A stretch of 63,865 nucleotides of DNA, the filler included, from an uncultured Thermoplasmatales archaeon (lineage in GTDB: Archaea > Thermoplasmatota > E2 > DHVEG-1), in NCBI GenBank assembly GCA_964517155.1. It is 5 parts of 5 records of this genome, joined end to end, with 100 filler letters (N's around TTAATTAATTAA, not from the genome) between each part and the next. Parts side by side here need not be neighbours in the genome. Positions count along the whole stretch, not along the records: positions 56,396 to 60,884 come from CAZFAZ010000004.1; positions 60,985 to 63,865 come from CAZFAZ010000013.1; 3 more parts are not named here. One strand, 5' to 3'. How positions within the stretch are numbered: position 1 is the stretch's first letter; each line of letters opens with the position of its first letter. The notes under the pieces are model-generated. The model saw only the letters and a list, made by a program, of their open reading frames with translations. It was not told the DNA's origin and made no database searches. Of the stretch, positions 59,654-63,865 are shown one piece after another. Both the position numbers and the translations under genes were made by a program.

Positions 59654-60283
59654 TTATACTCCTCTTTTGTTGTCCCAGATGATTTTATGTATTTGTAAAC
59701 CAAGTTTTACATTTAAATTATCCTCTAAAATCCATTTTGTTAGTTTTTTAGAATCTGTTTTCCAGACGGGTTGGAAGAAAATATCGCATTTTGGTTTATA
59801 TCTTTTGATTATTTTTTTTGCAAAATCATAATCTTTTTTATTTTTTATTACAAATTTAATTTGGTCTTTCTTTTTTAATAACTCTATATTTTTAAAGTTC
59901 ATTTTTTCATTCATTTTTGATGAAGGACATTTTATATCAAGAGATATGAAAAGATTTTTTTTATTAGTTGTTGGACTTATATCTAGGCTACCATTTGTTT
60001 CAATCAGTATCTTGTAGTTTGATTTTATTAGATTATCTATTAAACTAAAAATTTCTTTTTGAAGTAACGGCTCTCCACCAGTTATACAAATTTTTTTGCA
60101 TTTGTATTTTTCAAGTTCTTTAATGATTTCTTCTAATGTTTTTTCTGTTCCTTTTTTATATGCATATTTTGTATCACAGTATGTACAGCGTAAGTTGCAA
60201 CCTGTTGTCCGTATGAATATATTGGGCAGTCCTGTCCATTTTCCTTCGCCTTGTATAGAATAGAAAATCTCATTTATTTTCAT
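59654..60283 (-). CDS. queE: 7-carboxy-7-deazaguanine synthase (radical SAM)
   Basis: EIFYSIQGEG, CNLRCTYCDT, TGGEP, ETNG and LQIHK motifs. Confidence 0.88.
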   Translation of the reverse strand: MKINEIFYSIQGEGKWTGLPNIFIRTTGCNLRCTYCDTKYAYKKGTEKTLEEIIKELEKYKCKKICITGGEPLLQKEIFSLIDNLIKSNYKILIETNGSLDISPTTNKKNLFISLDIKCPSSKMNEKMNFKNIELLKKKDQIKFVIKNKKDYDFAKKIIKRYKPKCDIFFQPVWKTDSKKLTKWILEDNLNVKLGLQIHKIIWDNKRGV

Positions 60284-60459
60284 TTTAGTCCTTGTACAAA
60301 AACTATTTGTTTAATAATTTTACTAATTTTAAGAGTATATGCATATTTACCTGCATATACACCTGCGAATAAAGGTAATAAAGTATATAGTTATTCTGAT
60401 ATATGTACACTTATATTGCTATATGTTAATTCATATGTATATGTGGATGGGATGCAAAG

Positions 60460-60884
60460 ATGGGAAGAAAACGCACTTATTTATTTAAAAATAAGAAAGC
60501 ATCAATTGGTATTGGTGCGATGATTGTGTTTATTGCTATGGTTCTTGTAGCAGGTATTGCTGCAAATGTTATTATTCAGACTAGCGTTACTCTTGAATCT
60601 CAATCTATGGCTACGGGGCTTCAAACAACATCTGAGGTATCTGCAGGTCTTGCAGTCTGTGCAATAGAAGGATATGTTGCGTCTAGTTCCGAAAATATAT
60701 CAAAACTTGCAATACTTGTACGACCAAGAGCAGGTACAGAAAGTATTGATATGAGTGGTGCTTTTATTGAAATAACTGATATGAATACTAAAGTTCTTTT
60801 AAATTATACCTCTGCCTATTATTTAAAACCAAGTGGATTAAATGATATCTTTTCTGCAAATGTATTTCCAAATCACAGCAGTGC
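60460..60884 (+). CDS. flaB: Archaellin, 3'-partial
   Basis: KKA/SIGIGAMIVFIAMVLVAGIAA class III signal peptide. Confidence 0.92.
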
Positions 60885-60984
60885 NNNNNNNNNNNNNNNN
60901 NNNNNNNNNNNNNNNNNNNNNNNNNNNNTTAATTAATTAANNNNNNNNNNNNNNNNNNNNNNNNNNNNNNNNNNNNNNNNNNNN
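60885..60984. other. Artificial contig linker
   Basis: N44-TTAATTAATTAA-N44. Confidence 0.99.
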
Positions 60985-61569
60985 TACAGGTATTTGTATC
61001 TCTTGTGTGTAAAACCCTTCACTTGGAGAGCCTCTTGTTACACATGCAGTAAAACCTCCATCGCCTGCATCCATCAGCTTTAATGATTCAGTTGATTTTT
61101 CAGCACCACTTGCCTCTTTTATATATAATATTTTCTCGTTTTTCCACAAGATATATTTTATTGCATTTTCGGATAGCTCTCCAACTTCTTTTACCCAGCC
61201 ATCTGGAAAACATGAGAGCAGTGTTTTAGCAAGATTTGTTTTACCTGCAGAGCTTGATCCAATTATTTTTAAAAGCCCACTTCCATCTTTTTTAGATATT
61301 GTCCTTAAAATGTATAGGAATCCTGTAAGAGCTGATTTTAATTCTTTTTCTGTGCCAGTATGTTTTTTTATGATTGTTGTTATAATATTTGCCAGTGGTT
61401 TCTCTGATAACTCCTGCAATAGTTGGCTCTCATTTTTAAGTATGTTTTGTATTTCTGATTTTTTTGGTAATTCTGTTTTTTCACCTTTCAGGAATTTTAC
61501 TGCATCATCCATCTCTGCTTTTGCAAGTTCAATCTGTTCCTTTGTAAGTTTTGTTTTTTTAACTGCCAT
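60985..61569 (-). CDS. P-loop ATPase, possibly a mobile-element replication helicase, 3'-partial
   Basis: Walker A GSSSAGKT and Walker B-like ILYIKE; GGAGGAGG SD. Confidence 0.65.
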
Positions 61570-61748
61570 CAGTATTCCTCCTCCTCAGTTATCCAGAGTT
61601 TTTTGCCCTTAGTGGTTTTAACAAAAATCGTTTCAAAGCCTTCAAGAGTTGAAAAAAAATCTTTTATATCTTGGATTTTTTCTATTTTGCATTTACCCAC
61701 TATCCCAATAGTAAAAATCGGATCAAATTCTATTTTTCCATTTACCAT
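61569..61748 (-). CDS. 59-aa hypothetical protein
   Basis: Not in the ORF track. GGAGGTG SD; MVNGKIEFDPIFTIGIVGKC...; TGATG coupling to the ATPase. Confidence 0.6.
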   Translation of the reverse strand: MVNGKIEFDPIFTIGIVGKCKIEKIQDIKDFFSTLEGFETIFVKTTKGKKLWITEEEEY

Positions 61749-61770
61749 ATCTAAAACACCTCCAAAAATA

Positions 61771-62685
61771 TCAACTGATATAATGTTCCTCCAACCAGTT
61801 TTTCACTTCTCTTCTACAGATTTTATGAGTATTTTCAATTATACTTTTATCAATGTAACTACTTATAGTATTCTCAAGAGTTTCATTCAATAGATCAACT
61901 GGAACTTGATCCAGTTCATATTGCACAATGCCATTTTCATTAAAAAAATCTTTAACATATTGTTTTGTTAAATGAGCCTTTTTCTGTTTTGGGCTCATTT
62001 TTCTGATTCTATCTTCATAACCAATATTGGAGATGTAATTATATTTTTTAATTTGAGATCCAGTTAAAAACAGTTTTTTTACTTCAACATATCCAAAAAG
62101 CTCAAGTTTATCTTTACAAAGTTGGAATGTGTGTTCCCCTTCACAATCAAAATCAGATATGTAAATAATTTTTATTGGTATATTGTTTTCATCAATAATT
62201 TTTGGCATCCTATTTATTGCATCATGAAAAGGAATATCGCCAATAAAACCCTCACCCATAACCAAAGCAACATCATAATCTGATAGTAGATCTTGCGTTA
62301 CCTCAGGGAGTTCTTTTTCAGTCCATACTTCAACATAATACTTTTGAAGAGATTTACTGCTTTTAGTATAATAATCACATAATATGTCAAATCTTTCCTG
62401 AAAACCATAAGGCTCTTTTATACCAAGATTTTCAACTGTAGTTCTTTTATCTTTAAACCAGTCATATGGAATAATGTCCTGTTCTCTAAGATTTTGGAAT
62501 AATTTACATGTTTGTTTATATTGTGTATCTGAGGTATCTTTAACAAGCTGATTTGATACAAGCTCATAAAGAACTCTTCTACTCCATATTCTACCATATC
62601 TTTCAACCCAGTTCTTGATTATTTCTATTTTTTGTTTAACACTGGGCTCTGTGGTGAGATATTTCAAGCTATAATCCTTAACCAT
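61771..62685 (-). CDS. Topo VI-A/Spo11/JetD-like winged-helix plus Toprim protein
   Basis: RRVLYELVS...Y...LRE..IIPYDWFKD winged helix, YVEVWTEK, IIYISDFDCEG (DxD) and YELD. Confidence 0.7.
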   Translation of the reverse strand: MVKDYSLKYLTTEPSVKQKIEIIKNWVERYGRIWSRRVLYELVSNQLVKDTSDTQYKQTCKLFQNLREQDIIPYDWFKDKRTTVENLGIKEPYGFQERFDILCDYYTKSSKSLQKYYVEVWTEKELPEVTQDLLSDYDVALVMGEGFIGDIPFHDAINRMPKIIDENNIPIKIIYISDFDCEGEHTFQLCKDKLELFGYVEVKKLFLTGSQIKKYNYISNIGYEDRIRKMSPKQKKAHLTKQYVKDFFNENGIVQYELDQVPVDLLNETLENTISSYIDKSIIENTHKICRREVKNWLEEHYIS

Positions 62686-62957
62686 GCATGCATCCCCCAC
62701 AGTTTTCGTTTCCAATTTTTCTTTTTTTATTTACTTCAACTTCCATTTCCATTTTCCTATCATCTCCTATAAAAACACTAAAATTTTATTTTTTATAATT
62801 CCTCCGTGCACTACTGGTTTTTTCATATTCTGGAAGATCAAACCATGCTTTCAGAAAACGATGCAACCCAAAAAACAAAGGTTTTGTCAGCCTCCGATCC
62901 TTATAAAAAATCGTTATAAATTGCCCATCGTCATCTTGCCCTTTTTTGATTGTATAA

Positions 62958-63110
62958 TTAGTCATCCTTTCCTCCTTTGGTTTTTAAAAAATTTTCAATA
63001 GCTCTTCGGCAAAATTCAGCCCTGCTCATCATAAAAGGATCTTTTTTTACTGCTTCATCCACAGCATCAATATATTCCTTCCTGAAGTTTACAGTTATAT
63101 ATTTGGACAT
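62958..63110 (-). CDS. 50-aa ribbon-helix-helix protein (Arc/Cro-like position)
   Basis: Not in the ORF track. MSKYITVNFRKEYIDAVDEAVKKDPFMMSRAEFCRRAIENFLKTKGGKDD; GAGGT SD. Confidence 0.85.
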   Translation of the reverse strand: MSKYITVNFRKEYIDAVDEAVKKDPFMMSRAEFCRRAIENFLKTKGGKDD

Positions 63111-63121
63111 TTTCTTACCTC

Positions 63122-63190
63122 TGGCGTATTTTCACGCCATAAATATATGCACTCCCCAGTATATATATTTTGGCGTATTTTCACGCCATA
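63122..63190. promoter_or_regulatory. Two identical palindromic operators, TGGCGT-ATTTTC-ACGCCA
   Basis: An exact 20-bp repeat at 63122-63141 and 63171-63190 brackets a TATA-like run. A further half-site, TATGGCGT, lies at 63226-63233. Confidence 0.85.
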
Positions 63191-63234
63191 GATGTATAGA
63201 AATATTAATTAATTGATAACGTATTTATGGCGTA

Positions 63235-63675
63235 ATGAATAAAAAACCTGCAAAATATCTAAATGTTAATTTACCAAGAGAAATACTTATAGAAGTTGAT
63301 AAGGCAGTTAAGAAGAATAAATTTATTAGAAGCAGAGCAGAATTTGTTAAAGAAAGTATTAGATATGCACTATTGCTTGAGAAAAATATTCCTCTTTATA
63401 AAGAGAAAGATACAGGAAAATGGAAACCCATAACAGAAGAAACAGTTGAAAAATTTAAAAACAAAATGAAAAATAAAGATTTTAAGGGAGTGGAATTTAG
63501 CAAACGAGAAACACTTGAAGAAATTATTATGGCAATTATTTACAGAACAGAGGAACTATCTAAGAATACAGAAAAAATATATGATGTTATAAATGTATTA
63601 GGTGAAGCTCTTGTTAATACAAATAAAAGAATAACTGAAATTCATGATCTCCTAAAAAAAGAAAAGAAAAAATAA
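63235..63675 (+). CDS. RHH regulator with C-terminal coiled coil (Mnt/CI-like position)
   Basis: KYLNVNLPREILIEVDKAVKKNKFIRSRAEFVKESIR followed by a heptad-like C-terminus. Confidence 0.85.
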   Translation: MNKKPAKYLNVNLPREILIEVDKAVKKNKFIRSRAEFVKESIRYALLLEKNIPLYKEKDTGKWKPITEETVEKFKNKMKNKDFKGVEFSKRETLEEIIMAIIYRTEELSKNTEKIYDVINVLGEALVNTNKRITEIHDLLKKEKKK

Positions 63676-63865
63676 TTGTTTTAATTTTTTATATAATAGC
63701 AAAGTTCATCTATTAACTTTTCAAAATCTTCACCAGTAAAAACAGTTTTTTTAGTCATCTCAAATCACTTGTTAATGCTTTTCAATATATATTTACTTTA
63801 CCAAACCACAAAACAATTTTGTTTTTTACGATATAACTTGAAAGAAAGCCCACCACTTTAGTCGT

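Noticed and set aside
54123..60283. arcS and queE as an archaeosine gene cluster
   Set aside because: They are on different contigs; the proximity is an artefact of concatenation.
60340..60439. TGCATA/TATGTA repeats upstream of the archaellin as EarA-like boxes
   Set aside because: Short AT-rich matches; the exact ones lie downstream of the likely TATA box and cannot be told from chance.
61771..62685. Wadjet (JetABCD) defence system
   Set aside because: Only a Toprim-type protein is seen, with no SMC, kleisin or KITE subunits in the contig segment.

Overview
This AT-rich window comes from an archaeal genome bin. The gene set suggests Thermoplasmata, possibly Marine Benthic Group D; this is an inference. 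It is five separate contigs joined by artificial 100-nt N-TTAATTAATTAA-N linkers (21058-21157, 29597-29696, 56296-56395, 60885-60984), so adjacency across linkers means nothing. Contig A (1-21057) carries glmU-glmS-glmU, a toxin-antitoxin hotspot with pseudogenes, and a PAPS synthesis/sulfation operon (RHH regulator, cysD, cysN, DHH, cysC, sulfotransferase, SLC13, USP). It also has purQ, lipid genes, htpX/lemA and partial lsrF. Contig B (21158-29596) carries a large DUF2341/LamG/FN3 surface protein, Fic, repeat arrays, MNT-HEPN, a Zn-ribbon-HTH-PD-(D/E)XK nuclease, an orphan antitoxin and an IS110 start. Contig C (29697-56295) carries traB, uS2, rpoK and the S10/spc ribosomal cluster, two KaiC-like ATPases, a pilin-like gene, aconitase subunits, a CARDB protein, arcS, and a tRNA 3' fragment beside a Doc-type module. 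Contig D (56396-60884) carries the exosome/proteasome cluster, queE and an archaellin. Contig E (60985-63865) looks like a mobile element or provirus. The three best candidates for new biology are: (1) a divergent pair of paralogous ribbon-helix-helix genes flanking two identical palindromic operators, resembling an Arc/Mnt or CI/Cro switch; (2) an identical 19-aa peptide shared by the tails of eL32 and uL24 that differs only at synonymous sites; (3) a putative promoter-driven small RNA with an anti-Shine-Dalgarno loop. No database searches were run; all family calls are by motif recognition.
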